A stretch of DNA of 64,000 bases from Octopus sinensis (GCF_006345805.1 NC_043014.1:49290001-49354000), one strand, 5' to 3'. Shown: positions 1-15,088, counted from the first letter of the stretch. Made by a program: numbers and translations. The notes: generated from the letters alone by a model not told the origin.

Positions 1-19
1 CACATACACACACACACAC

Positions 20-104
<85 letters not shown>

Positions 105-439
105 TGTATGTATATATATATATATGTGTGTATGTGTGTGTGTGTGTACATATATATGCATGTGTATTTTTATATATATATTAATAGTAATATTATGACA
201 ACAAAAGAATGAATGAAACCTCAATATTATGTAAATAGAGGAATTTATCTGTAAATATAATATGTGACAATTATTCAGTTGCCATAATAAACCTATGAGT
301 TTCAGATGTCAGGGTGGAGCAGAGCAGATTTTTGCCCTGAGATCCGAAACTCAGAGGTTTATTATGGCAACCGAATAATTGTCACATATTATATTACAGA
401 TTATATTATATTATATATTTATTTATTTATTGAGCCTTG

Positions 440-842
440 TCAGTGCAACAAGCTGGCCTCCGTGCCGGTAGCATGTAAAAAGCACCATTCAAGCGTGATT
501 GTTACCAGCGGCGCCCTACTGACACTTGTGCTGGTGACACATTAGAAAACATTCAAGTGTAGTCATTGCCAGTGCCGCTGGACTGATTCCTGTGCAGGTA
601 GCACATAAAAAGTAGCATTTGAGCATAGCCATTGCCAGTACTGCCTGACTGGTCCTCGTGCCGGTAGCACGTAAAAGCACCCACTACACTCTCAGTGGTT
701 GGCGTTAGGAAGGGCATCCAGCTGTAGAAACTCTGCCAGATCAGATTGGAGTTTGGTGCAGCCATCTGGTTTGCAATTCCTCAGTCAAATCGTCCAACCC
801 ATGCTAGCATGGAAAGCGGACGTTAAACGATGATGATGATGA

Positions 843-845
<3 letters not shown>
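440..845 (+). mobile_element. Dispersed retroposon with internal ~66-bp repeats, RTE-like 3' end and (GAT)n tail; representative copy
   Basis: 'ggttggcgttaggaagggcatccagctgtagaaac..ggaaagcggacgttaaacgatgatgat'; copies at ~8555-8920(-), 10840-11013, 27240-27570(-/+ mixed call uncertain), 40185-40630, 52030-52610, 53200-53745. Confidence 0.75.
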
Positions 846-877
<32 letters not shown>

Positions 878-1148
878 TAATAAATTAATAAATAAATAAA
901 ACATATGCATATATACATACATATATGTACGTACCTACCTCTACATGTATATATACATGCATATATGGGTACAGGACACTAATAAAACGTCGAACACAAT
1001 GAGAAATGAAAACATAAACACAAAACCAAAGAACTGGACATTTTTCTTAAACAACGAAAAAATAGAGTACAGGACATACAAAACAAGAAAAATTCCCCTT
1101 CTTCAGTCGCCTTTGTTTCATCTACTCCATGTTTCAAAGGTCAAGGCG

Positions 1149-1179
<31 letters not shown>

Positions 1180-1690
1180 ATTATATGTCACACCACACAC
1201 ACATGCACATATCATCATTGTCATTCAATATCTGTGTTTCATTCTGGTATGGGTTGGATAGTCTGACAGGACCTGACAAGCCCGAGGGCTTCATTGGGTT
1301 CCATTGTCTGCTCTGACATGGTTTCTATGGCTGAATACCCTTTCTAATGCCAGCTACATTAAAGAGTGCACTGGGTGTGTTTGACACTAGTAACATCACC
1401 AAGTAACCCGCAAGACCAGACCCCTTGACAGAGTAGGGGTTTAGTATTGAGAGAGGTGGCTTTGTGCCAAGTGTTGAGAGTCAGTCTGTCTGTCTGTCTC
1501 TGTCTGTTTGTCTCTCACACACACAGACATTTGTTATGTTCAGATTTGGTGAGTGATGGACTTTGCCATGTCTAGGTACATCAAAGATACATCTTATATA
1601 TGTCGTCACGGTGCCCCTATGACCCCATCAAGGAGATAAGGGTCCACCAAGATAAGCAAAATACCTTACATATTTTGTTTTCTTTTCCAG

Positions 1691-1738
1691 AACACTGACA
1701 ATGCCTCTGAATTGGTTCATCCGATGATAGAACGGAAG
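1691..1738 (+). CDS. HDAC10: Host gene exon ([16 protein letters not shown])
   Basis: ttttccag| ... AAG|gtaatt; 48 nt; the only open frame; phase 0-0. Confidence 0.65.
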
Positions 1739-4700
1739 GTAATTAGCCTGCATTTTTATATTTCAGAATTGTAAAAAGGATAAATTGTTCTCTTGTGACA
1801 TAAACAACAGCAACTAGCATATTTTCATTTGAATATGTCAGAATGTTTACTCTTTTACTTGTTTCAGTCATTTGACTGTGGCCATGCTGGAGCACCGCCT
1901 TTAGTCGAGCAAATCAACCCCAGGACTTTTTCTTTGTAAGCCTAGTACTTATTCTATTGGTCTCTTTTGCCAAACCGCTAAGTTACAGGGACGTAAACAC
2001 ACCAGCATCGGTTGTCAAATGATGTTGGGGAGACAAACACAGACACACAAACGTATACACACACACATACACACACACATATATATATATATATATACAT
2101 ATAACCGACGGGCTTCTTTCAGTTTCCGTCTACCAAATCCACTGACAAGACTTTGGTTGGCCTGAGGCTATAGTAGCAGACACTTGCTCAAGGTGCCATG
2201 CAGTGGGACTGAACCCAGAACCATGTGATTTATAAGCAAGCTACTTACCACATAGCCACTCCTACACTTATATATATATATGTATGTGTGTTTGTGTGTC
2301 TGTGTTTGTCTCCCCAACATCACTTGACAACCAATGCTGGTGTGTTTACGTCTCCGTAACTTAGCAGTTCAGCAAAAGAGACCGATAGGATAAGTACTAG
2401 GCTTACAAAGAATAAGTCCTGGGATCGATCTGCTCAACTAAAAGTCATGCTCCAGCATGGCCACAATCAAATGACTGAAACAAATAAAAGAATAGCACTA
2501 TAGGCCTGTGTAGAGGCAAAGAGGTCCTGGGACTTCTGGCTGACAAAACACGACATGTCAAACATATCCCAGAGTCCTTTGTACCAACAAGCCAAGTGTG
2601 TTATAAAGACCTTGTTGCCATACAAGGAAGAAATTGTTGTAACAGGCCACAGTGACTGACATATTTTCTTTTGGGTTTGCTTGAATGTCTTTAGAATAAA
2701 CTGCAAATCATTGTTTTTCATTTCTAGTTCACTCGTAAAACATTACTTTGTGACATTGTGATATGAGTGCGAGATTTTTGTTGTTGTTGTTGTTGTTACT
2801 GTTGCTGCTGCTGTCGCTATTGTTAATACTGCTACTTTTTCTGCTGCTGTTGTTGCTGCTTCTGCTTGTTTGTTTGTTTGTTAGTTGAGTGAAGCAGTCT
2901 TCGTCCCAGTAGTGGGAGAAGTCCGAAACGAGGTCCTTTGCTATTCATAAGACCCGCAGAAGAGAAAGCAGATCAACCCTCGACACGGAGAGCATCAACG
3001 GATGGATGAATGCGCATCCAGGCTCACCGGTTGCGTAGGAAGTCGGGGACAAGAAACAGGAAGAAAGAGTGAGAGAAAGTTGGAGCGAAAGAGTACAACA
3101 GGGGTCTCCACCACCTCCTGCCGGAGACTCATGGAGCTTTAGGTGTTTTCACTCAATAAACACATGTAACACCCGGTCTGGGAATCGAAACTGCGATCCT
3201 CCGACCGCGAGTCCGCTGTCCTAACCACTGGGCCATTGCGCCTCCGCTGCTGCTGCTGCTGCTGTTGTTGTTGTTGTTAAACAACAAGACAGGTAAGGGT
3301 AATTAGGTGATGGTCTAGGGCTTAGGGGCAGGAGACCCCCAGACCTTGAAAAAAAAATACTTTGGTCGTCTTGCTGTAGTCAAGGGTTCTTCGTTGATAC
3401 CCAACACCACTGGGATGCGGCCCTCGAAGTCGCTGGAAATGGAAACCTCCAGGTCCAAATTCTTGAACTGCTGTTGTTGTTGTTGTTGTTGCTCTGAGGC
3501 CAGATGTGGTTTTGTGGTTTGACAAGACCAAAAAACTGATCTCGATTGAGCTTACAGTCCCATGGGAAGAAGGGTGTGATTAGACCCATAAACCTATTCT
3601 TGTTGTTGCTGTTACTACTGATGATGTTGTACTTCTCTGAGACCTCCATGAGACAAAGTAGACCTTACCCCTGCACATATACATACATATATACACAAGC
3701 TTGGTGAAGGCTTTTTTTTCTTTGAGGAAGACCAACAATTGTCTTTGCATACGAGTCTTCCTTCCCCATCCATACTGCTGTTGTTTATTCAAAGGAAAAG
3801 TCACCACCTCAGGGCCCAGCAAATTAGCAATTCAAGTTAGTAATTCATGTTAGTAGCTTAGCAGTTCAACTTAACAACTTAGCAATTTAAATATAGAAGT
3901 TAGTGGTCCAGCTTAGCAGCTTTAGCACTTCAACTTAGCTGCAGTCCAACAGAGCATGTTAGCAGTCCAGCTTAGCAGGTTAGCTGTTCCACTTAAGAAC
4001 TTAGCAGTCCAACAGAGCAAGTTAGCAGTCCAGCTTAGCAGTTCTGCTTAGCAATCCAGCTTAGCAGTCCTGCTTAGCAATCCAGCTTAGCAGTCCTGCT
4101 TAGCAATTCAACTTAGTAGTTCAGCTTAGCAGTCCTGCTTAGCAATCCAGCTTAACAGTCCTGCTTAGCAATCCAGCTTAGCAATTCAACTTAGTAGTCC
4201 AGCTTAGCAGTCCTGCTTAGCAATCCAGCTTAGCAGTCCTGCTTAGCAATGCAGCTTAGCAGTCCTGCTTAGCAATTCAACTTAGTAGTCCAGCTTAGCA
4301 GTCCTGCTTAGCAATCCAGCTTAGCAGTCCTGCTTAACAGTCCAGCTTAGCAGTCCTGCTTAGCAATTCAACTTAGTAGTCCAGCTTAGCAATCCAGCTT
4401 AGCAGTCCTGCTTAGCAATCCAGCTTAACATTCCGGCTTAGCAGTCCTGCTTAGCAATTCAACTTAGTAGTCCAGCTTAGCAAGTTAGCTGTTCCATTTA
4501 ACAACTTAGCAGTCCATTATTTTTATCAAGATTTAACAACATTGAACACTTGTTAACTGAGTGCTCCAGTTGCCCAGAAATTCTCATGGATGATATCCAG
4601 TCTCATTGGCCTGGACTGAACAGTAGTGTCCAGTCACGCTTCTAAGACATATTTTCAGCTGATGAGAATGATGTCTCCCCACTCTATAATGTTACCTTAC

Positions 4701-6699
4701 TTACACTGGTAACACACACACACACACACAGATTCTTTGTAATTTTCTTTCTCTTTTTTTTTCCAGATCCAAAATGGTGTATTTGTTTCTCTGTAAGTAA
4801 AATGAATGCTTTAATCTTTTATCTTTTACTTGTTTCTGTTATTGGACTGCGTCCATGCTGGAGCACCAGTTTGAAGGTTGTCAAACTGATCGACCTTTGT
4901 GCTTATTTTTGAGTCTAGTACTTACTCTAGCGGTCGAACCTCTAATTGAGCTACAGAGATGTAAACAAACCAACACTGGTTGTCAAGTGATGCTGGGGGG
5001 GGGAATACAAAAACACACACACACACACACGGATACACACACGCATACACACATGCACACACAAATAGTTCCACTCATTTACTATTAACCAAATTCTCTC
5101 ACATGGCATTGGCTGACCTGGGGCTACAGTAGAAGATACTTGTCAAAGTTACCGCACAGTGAGATTGAACCCAAGACAAGGTGATTGCCAAGCAAACTTC
5201 TTAGCCATGCCTGTGCCTGTACTCATGGAAAATATAACGTCCCAATTATTAGATTCTTTTCTACTCTAGGCACAAGGCCCAAAATTTTTGGGAGGGGGCC
5301 AGTCGATTAGATTGACCCCAGTACGAAACTAATACTTGACTTATTGACCCCAAAAAGATGAAAGACAAAGTCGACCTCGGCGGAATTTGAACTGAGAGCG
5401 TAAAGACAGATGAAATACCGCTAAGCATTTCACCCGGCATGCTAACATTTCTTCTTTCTTTATTGCCCACAACGGGCTAAACACAGAGGGGACAAACAAG
5501 GACAGACAAAGGGATTAAGTTGATTAGATCGACCCCAGTGCATGACTGGTACTTAATTTATTGACCCCGAAAGGATGAAAGGCAAAGTTGACCTCGGCGG
5601 AATTTGAACTCAGAACGTAAAGACAGACGAAATACCACTAAGCATTTTGCCCAGCATACTAACGTTTTTGCCAGCTCGCTGCCCTTAAATATATACTTTT
5701 CTACTCTAGGCGCAAGGTCCAAAACTTTTGGGGAGGGGGCCTGTCGATTAGATTGACCCCAGTACAAAACTGGTACTTAATTTATCGACCCCAAAAGGAA
5801 GAAAGACAAAGTCGACCTTGGCGGAATTTGAACTGAGAATGTAAAGACAGACAAAATATCGCTAAGCATTTCGCCCGGTGTGCTAACGATTCTGCCAGCT
5901 CGCTGCCAATTATTAATATTGTGTCAGCAAAAATTAAAATCATAACCCCCATCTTTTTCTGATCAATGTCACCAGGCTCAAAGGTCATATGGAGGTCAAG
6001 GTTGCCTGCACTTGCTCCTGATCAATGTCACCACTCAGAGAAATTCTGTGAAGGTGAAGGTCATTTCCCACCTCCTTATTGGTTATTGATCATCATAATT
6101 TTGTGTGTGTATGTATGTGTGTAGGTGTATGGTTGTATATGTGTGTGCATATGATTGTGTGAATGTGTGTAGGTGTATGTATGCTTCTGCATGTGTGTTT
6201 ATGGCTGTGTGAATGTGTGTGTAAGTGTACATATGTTCACGTGTGTGCGTGCATGGTAGTGAACATGTGTAAGTTTGTGTGTTGTGCAAGTGTGTTAATG
6301 TGTATGAAATTGTATGTATGTTTCTGTGTGTGTATGTATGTTTGTGTGTATATACAGTTGTGTGCGTGTATGTCTGAATGTTTGTGTGTGTTTGTATATA
6401 TGTATGTGTGGTGTATGTTTGTGTTATTCTGTATGCGTATACTTTCAAAATATTCCTCACACAATATTTTACCATTCATCTACAGACAGAAGAACGCTGC
6501 CAGCCCCAAATCCTCCTATACCATTCTACAACACCATCTTCAACACCAGCACCTCCAAAGGTAAACTTTACATCCATCTCTCTCCTCTCTCTCTTTCTCT
6601 CTCTCTCTTACTTTCACTCTCTCTCTCTCTTATTTTCTCTCTCTCCCCTGCTTTCTCTCTCACTCTTACTATCTCTTATATCATCATCATTATCATTAT

Positions 6700-6733
<34 letters not shown>

Positions 6734-9700
6734 ATTATTATTATTATTGTTATTGTTATTGTTATTATTATAATTATTACTATTATTATTTTTATTGAAT
6801 GAGAGAGCAGTGCATGCCATCAAAGTGACACTGGGGTAAAATATACGAAGCCCAGTATACCCATCATGACTACCAGTCTGATAAGGGTACACTAGGCACA
6901 TGCATCACAACTATATATGATCTCATATCAAGATTAACAGCGCATGACCTTGCAGGTGGGGCCCAGTTAGAATTTCCTTCAGGTCGAGTAGCCCATCCTG
7001 CCCAAAAGGTCCCTGAATAAGGGTTGTTTAGGGATGCTGAACGAAACACCTATGTTTCCAAAGGTGAATTACCCAAACTCCAAAGAATTCCTCTCAACAC
7101 ATGGTTATAAGGATCCCCCACTATTCCTGCTCCTGATCATAGATGTACATATTGCCAGCCAAGGAGGAATATATGTATCCCAGAGAAACTAGGAAGCCAG
7201 CGCTATGCTCTTTACAGAGTAATATTGACTAACCTGAGTAAGAAAGTAAACAGTACAGGGGTGGGTGGGAAGAGTATGCAGGGGACTGGAGAAAGGAGGA
7301 AGGGATTAATGTGACGTATAATGAGAAAGTGAGGGATGGAGGGGTAAGTGTAGGTTGTGTAGGCGGACCCAGTGCTGTCCTCATATTATAGGTTTCCTTT
7401 TACCAAACCCTTTCTCACAAAGCATTGTTTGACCCAGAGCTATGGTAGAAAACATTTGCATTTGTCCAAAGTACCATGCAGTGGGACTGAACTCAAACCC
7501 ATTTGACTTCAAAGCAAATTTCTTAACTAGACAGCTATGCTTGCATCTATAAATAGTAAAGCAAAAAAATGATTATTTACATTATTTACATTTGATGGAT
7601 ATTTGTCCTCATCTTGTTTGTTGTTAACACATTTCGGCTGATATACCCTCCAGCCTTCATCAGGTGTCTTAGGGAAATTTCGAACCTGGGTTCTCATTCC
7701 TAAGGTACTCTTCGATGTTATTATTATTATCATAATTATTATTGTTCAGGTCACTGCTTGGAATCGAACTCGGAATCTTGGGGTTAGTAACCCACGCTCT
7801 TAGCCACTACGCCATATGCCTGTGGGCCTCTTAAATATAGAACTGCAAAAAAATTATGTATTGTTGTTATGAATGATCTAAAATGGTGTTTTTGTTTCAT
7901 TTTTCAATCTGTTTCAGAATTCTCTATGTTGACCTCTGTCCTGATCAAGACAGTGTCAAAAATTGTATCTTCCTTATGGAGAAGGGGTAAGTTTTGCATA
8001 TCTATATTCTACTAAAACTCTGTGATAGCTTGTTTGCGTGTGTGTTGTCTGTAATTAAATACAGTCAAACCAGTGCATAATGGAAAAAATACTCTGAAAG
8101 TAAGTTACCCCTGAAATGTGAATACAAATGGAATAAAACAAGTTTCATGTAAATCGGACCACAGATTCCTGAAATACACAGGTTTTTGGGGTACCTTCAT
8201 AAATAGCCAAAACGGTGCATAATGGGAAAATACTCCAAAAGTACCATAACACTGAAATGGGAATATATGATACTGTGAAAATTGTTTCCATTAATTTTAT
8301 GTTTATGTTATATAACGATTCCTCTTGCATTTTTGTAGAAGTGTGTACTTATGCCATAAATAAATGCTGTTACTGGAGTTCAAGTTTTTCCCGGAAGTTC
8401 TCTTTCTATTGGATGCTGTAAATAATCAATAAAACCTTAAATATGGACTTCCAAACCAGAAATATGATGACTCGAATGAATTGAAATATTTAACTGAATC
8501 ATCATAAAATTAACTTTCATTTCAATGTAACGGTGAAATCAGCTTCCTTATTATCATCGTTAAACGTCTGCTTTCCATGCTAGCATGGGTTGGACGATTT
8601 GACTGAGGACTGGCGAACAAGATGGCTGCGCCAGGCTCCAATCTGATCTGGCAGAGTTTCTACAGCTGGGTGCCCTTCCTAATGTCAACCACTCCGAGAG
8701 TGTAGTGGGTGCTTTTACGTGCCAGTCTGGCGGTACTGGCAATGGCAATGCTCGAAAGGGTGTTCTTTATGTGCCACCTGCACAGGAGTCAGTCCAGTGG
8801 CACTGGCAATGACCTCTCTCGAATGTTTTGTTCACGTGCCACCGGCACAAGTGCCAGTAAGGCGATGCTGGTAACGATCACACTCAAATGGTGCTTTTTA
8901 CGTGCCCACCGGCACGGAAGTCAGACAGCTCGTCTGGCAGTGATCCTCCTTGGATGGAGCTGTTAGCGCTCCACTGGCACGGGTGCCATAAATTGAACCA
9001 TCAGTGACCCAACGGGTCACGGGTAGTCTAGTTAATAATATAAACATCACCCTTTCTTCATCCTCTTCAAAGATCAAAGAGAAAGATGACTATGAGGAAT
9101 TGCTTTGAACCTTCAGCTTCTATATCCAAATTATAAATTTACATTTATACCAATAACAGTTGCTGCACTTGTTTTTATAAATCACAATCAGTCACAATCA
9201 CAATTTTTATAAATCACAATCAGTCACAATCACAATTTTTATAAATCACAATCAGTCACAATCACAATTTTTATAAATCACAATTTTTATAAATCACAAT
9301 CAGTCACAATCACAATTTTTATAAATCACAATCAGTCACAATCACAATTTTTATAAATCACAATCAGTCACAATCACAATTTTTATAAATCACAATCAGT
9401 CACAATCACAATTTTTATAAATCACAATCAGTCACAATCACAATTTTTATAAATCACAATCAGTCACAATCACAATTTTTATAAATCACAATCAGTCACA
9501 ATCACAAATTTTATAAATCACAATCAGTCACAATCACAATTTTCATAAATCGCAATCAGTCACAATCACAATTTTTATAAATCTCAATCAGTCACAATCA
9601 CAATTTTCATAAATCACAATCACAATTTTTGTAAATCACAATCAATCACAATCACAATTTTTATAAATCACAATCAGTCACAATCACAATTTTCATAAAT

Positions 9701-11182
9701 CGCAATCAGTCACAATCACAATTTTTATAAATCACAATCAGTCACAATCACAATTTTTATAAATCACAATCAGTCACAATCACAATTAAGTCACAATCTG
9801 AATAAGCTAGGGTTTTCAGAGAAAGAAATCAACCAGATAATTCACACATTACAAATACGATCTGAAAGTGGAACAGGGCTTGTCTCTAGTTTAAAATCTG
9901 AAATTTGTCTTTATTCTCTACATTCTAACAATGGAGGTATGTGATTTTGTTAGAAACCAGCTCTTTCCTTACAGGAAGATTTCAAGTCATTAAAAGTAGA
10001 AGAAAACATATGTACGCACACACACATAAACACACACACACACACACACATACATACATACACACAGAGAAGCATACACACATTCTCATACATACATACA
10101 TACATACATACATACACCACACACACATGCGCACATGCACACACACACACACTCTCATACATATACACACAGACACACACACTCTCTCATGCATACATAC
10201 ATAAATACATACAAACCACACACACATACATACACTCTGTTACATACATACACACTCTCATACATGCATACCTACATAAATACATACACCACACACGCAC
10301 TCTCATAAGTACATACTCACACAGACACACACACATTCTCTCATGCATATGTACATAAATACATACATACCACACACACACACACACACACACACATACA
10401 TACACTCCAATACATACACACACACTTTCTTACATGCATACCTACATAAATGCATATACCACACAAACACACACACTCTCATACGTACACACACACACAC
10501 TCTCATACACACACACACATAAATACATACACCACACACACACACACTCATATGCACATACACACACAGACACACACTCTCTCATGCATACATACATAAA
10601 CACATACACCACACACACACGCACACACACACACACACAGACATACACTTACACATAGGTGCTATCAACATAACACGTGTGAGCATAGCGGACTATTCAA
10701 AGTGCCTTTTTGAGTGCATTATTCTGCAATTATGCTAATTCCTGCAGCCTAAATAACCGGTTTATTTCTTCAATTGTAATTAAGAGAAATGCTTTTTAAT
10801 TACCTATGTAGTGTTATTCAGACCAGATTAACATCAAAAGGCACCCACTACACTTTCGGAGTGGTTGGCATTAGGAAGGGCATCCAGCTGTAGAAACTCT
10901 GCCAGATCAAGAATGAAGCCTGGTGCAGCCATCTGGTTCGCCAGTCCTCAGTCAAATCATCCAACCCATGCTAGCATGGAAAGCGGACGTTAAATGATGA
11001 TGATGATGATGATGAACAACAGAAGTGACACTAATAACCCAGTGTTAGAACTCAATATACATATGCTCTGAGGAAGCTATAGGGTGATGTACAGGCACCC
11101 GGCTCAGTGCATGGGGTCTTATAGCAGAAACAGCTGTAAGCTAGTGAAGTTCATTGCATAATTTCCTTTCCCCTTTTCATTC

Positions 11183-11219
<37 letters not shown>

Positions 11220-11609
11220 ATCGTCTATCTGGATGTTTTGTTGTCCCTTTTTGTATCACCTAGTTGTCCAGATGTTTTGCGTTCTTGTCCCATTTTGTAT
11301 TTTATATATATATATATACACACACTCACACACATACACTCACACATATATACACTCACACACATACACTCACACATATATACACTCACACACATATATA
11401 TGCTTCCATATTTTATATATCTCTGTATTCTCTTTTAACTCTTTTACTTGTTTCAGTCATTTGACTATGGCCATGCTGGAGCACCACCTTTAGTCGAGCA
11501 AATCGACCCCAGGACTTATCCTGTTGGCCTCTTTTGCTGAACCGCTAAGTTATGGGAACGCAAATACACCAGCATCGGTTGTCAAGTGATGTTGGGGAGA
11601 CAAACATAG

Positions 11610-11648
<39 letters not shown>

Positions 11649-11864
11649 CACATATATATATATATATATACATATATACAACGGGCTTCTTTTCAGTTTC
11701 TGTCTACCAAATCCACTCACAAGGCTTTGGTCGGCCCAAGGCTATAGTAGAAGACACTTGCCCAAGGTGCCATGCAGTGGGACTGAACCAGGAACCATGT
11801 GGTTGGTAAGCAAGCTACTTCCCACACAGCCACATACACACATTTCATACACATATACAAACAG

Positions 11865-11904
<40 letters not shown>

Positions 11905-12860
11905 TACACATATAGGCGCAGGAGTGGCTGTGTGGTAAGTAGCTTGCTAACCAACTACATGGTTCCAGGTTCAGTCCCACTGCGTGGCATCTTGGGCAAA
12001 TGTCTTCTGCTATAGCCCCAGGCCGACCAATGCCTTGTGAGTGGATTTGGTAGACGGAAACTGAAAGAAGCCTGTCGTATATATATGTATATATATATGT
12101 GTGTGTGTGTTTGTATGTCTGTGTTTGTCCCCCTAGCATTGCTTGACAACCGATGCTGGTGTGTTTACGTCCCCGTCACTTAGCGGTTCGGCAAAAGAGA
12201 CCGATAAAATAAGTACTGGGCTTACAAAGAATAAGTCCCGGGGTCGATTTGCTCGACTAAAGGCGGTGCTCCAGCATGGCCGCAGTCAAATGACTGAAAC
12301 AAGTAAAAGAGTAAAGAGTAAAAGAGTATACATAATTATGCATACACACATGCTCATAACCTCTGGTTTCCATAGATGCTTGATGGATAATGGAGAAATA
12401 ATCTATATAAGTGAAGTTGATGAAAGATTCTGAGGAAAATTACTTCCTCTCACCCTGAGGCAAAAATAAATTGCTGCTTGGGCAAAAAAAATTTCCAAAA
12501 ATGTCATAAAAAAAACAACGACAATGCAAAAAAAAAAATGTAAGAGGAAGGTAAAAATCCCAAGAAAATATTTGAATGTTTTAAGGTTGCGGAATATATT
12601 TGGTTTGTGTAAATGATTTTTATTTTGTTTAATGAGTTGAAGATGTTGTGTGATGTTTGTTTGCAGTGTGTTGTACCTGCCAGTATGGGTGAATACGTCG
12701 GAGATGTCGGAAATGTCAACTCCTGAATTTAGCATCAATGTTACATGTGATGAGGTAAGTTGGAAAAAAAAACAAAAAAAACATATACTTATATATAGAC
12801 ATACACACATACATACATGCATGCATACATACATACATACATATATATATATATATATGC

Positions 12861-12893
<33 letters not shown>

Positions 12894-13939
12894 CATATAT
12901 ATACACACACATACATACATACATATATACATATATATACACACACACACACACATACATACACACATACCCACACACACACATGCATACATACATACAT
13001 ACATGCATGCATAGATACACACACACATACACACACACATACATACATACATACATACATACATACATACATACATACTTGCACACACACACACCTATAA
13101 ATTAGAAAAAAACACCTTTAATCAATTCAATAATGAAAAATTAAATTATACCATTTAGAAAAATTACATATTATAGAAAGATTAAATATATGATAAAACA
13201 TATAACGATGATTAGGTAATTTGCAAAATAATAAATAAAGCGTATAAATTTAGTAGAATAATGACACATGTTTTGTGGCTATATTTAAGAAATGATAATA
13301 GTAATAATAATAGTAAAATTAATTAATCATCGTTATATGTTTTATCTTATATTTAATCTTTCTATAAGATGTAATTTTTCTAAATGGTATAATTTAATTT
13401 TTCGTTATTGAATTGATAAAAGGTGTTTTTTTTTCTAATTTATATATATATATATATATATATATTATATTTTGTGAAATTTGATTTAGTATTACTAAAT
13501 TGAATTTTTCCCTGTAAGTTTGGAATAATATTCCCTCATATCATTATTATTATTATTATTATTATTACCCCAACCGCAGAACGGGGCGCCACTGCATGGT
13601 GCCAAAGATTCCAACATCACCATCAAAATACAGGTCCAGATACTGCAACAGCTTGGGTTTCAGAGGACTACAGCTCTTCAACATCCTCCCTAAATGCCTG
13701 AGAGACTTGCATGGTGTGGATGTGGGTTTCTTTAAAACTAAACTAGATCTCTTCTTGTCAGGGGTCCCAGATAACCTACCTCATGACAGGAGACACAGAT
13801 GCGGGCAGCGGCATCGAACTCCCTTGATGATCAAGTGCCATGTATCAGAGGTGGTTTCACATACTAGTGTAGCTCATTCAACGGTGGTGCCCCAGCATGG
13901 CCGCGGCCTTTGGTCTAAAACATTTTTAAGGATTTAAGG

Positions 13940-13975
<36 letters not shown>

Positions 13976-14593
13976 TGGAGAAATTGTACAAAATGTATAA
14001 ACAGATGATGATTTAAGCACTGGTACAGTTTCGACTACCTGTTGTTATCCATAGATTTACTGCTGGGACTTCGCAGTGGTGGTTGGGGTAATAGTATTAA
14101 TAAAATAGTAGATGGAATGTGTGAAAGACTTTATTGGGTACAACTCATGTTTCGACCCATTCTGGGTCTCTTCAGGTGCATCAATAAAAAGTCATACTAG
14201 AGATTTCTTGAGTCAGCTTACGTATTTATTGATGTACCTGAAGAGACCCAGAATGGGTCGAAACATGTGTTGTACCCAATAAAGTCTATTACACATTCCA
14301 TCTACTATTTTATTAATACAGTTACCCCAATCACTACTGCGAAGTCCCAGCAGTAAATCTATGGATAACAACAGGTAATCGAAACTGTACTGGTGTTGAT
14401 CATGAGCTGAATAGCCTAACCACTAAGCCACATTCCTTTACCCCCCACACACACATACACACACACACACCCCACACACATATGTATGCATATATATACA
14501 TACACAGTCATATACATACATATATATATATATATGTTTTTATATATATATATGTGTGTGTGTGTGTATATATATAAATATATATATAAATAT

Positions 14594-14646
<53 letters not shown>

Positions 14647-14935
14647 CATACACGCACACATACACACATGTATCGTCGCCACTGCTGTCAGCCATCTTTA
14701 TTACTACCACCACACCGCACCACACCACATTTCCACTACCCCTGCTCCACCACCACTACCCCACTACCTCTACCCCACCCCACACCCACTATCATCAACA
14801 TCACTACTTTATCTGGCACTACCATCAGCGCCACTACATCTTCCACTTAACACCCCCCCCACATTTTAAAACAAAGCTTCTGTTGTTGCTGCTATTATTA
14901 TTGTTGTTGTTGTTATTATTATTATCGTTATTATT

Positions 14936-14994
<59 letters not shown>

Positions 14995-15088
14995 CATTAT
15001 TATTATCATTATCATTATTATTATTATTTTTATTATTATAGTTATTGTTGTTGTTGTTCTTCTTATTATTATTATCATTATCATTATT

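Noticed and set aside
9941-13105. Numerous 60-375-aa ORFs rich in [12 protein letters not shown] (also 6083-6802, 14416-15404, 26054-27181, 53755-55988)
   Set aside because: They are translations of (TA)n, (CA)n, (ATGT)n and (ATT)n microsatellites, which lack stops in some frames; not genes.
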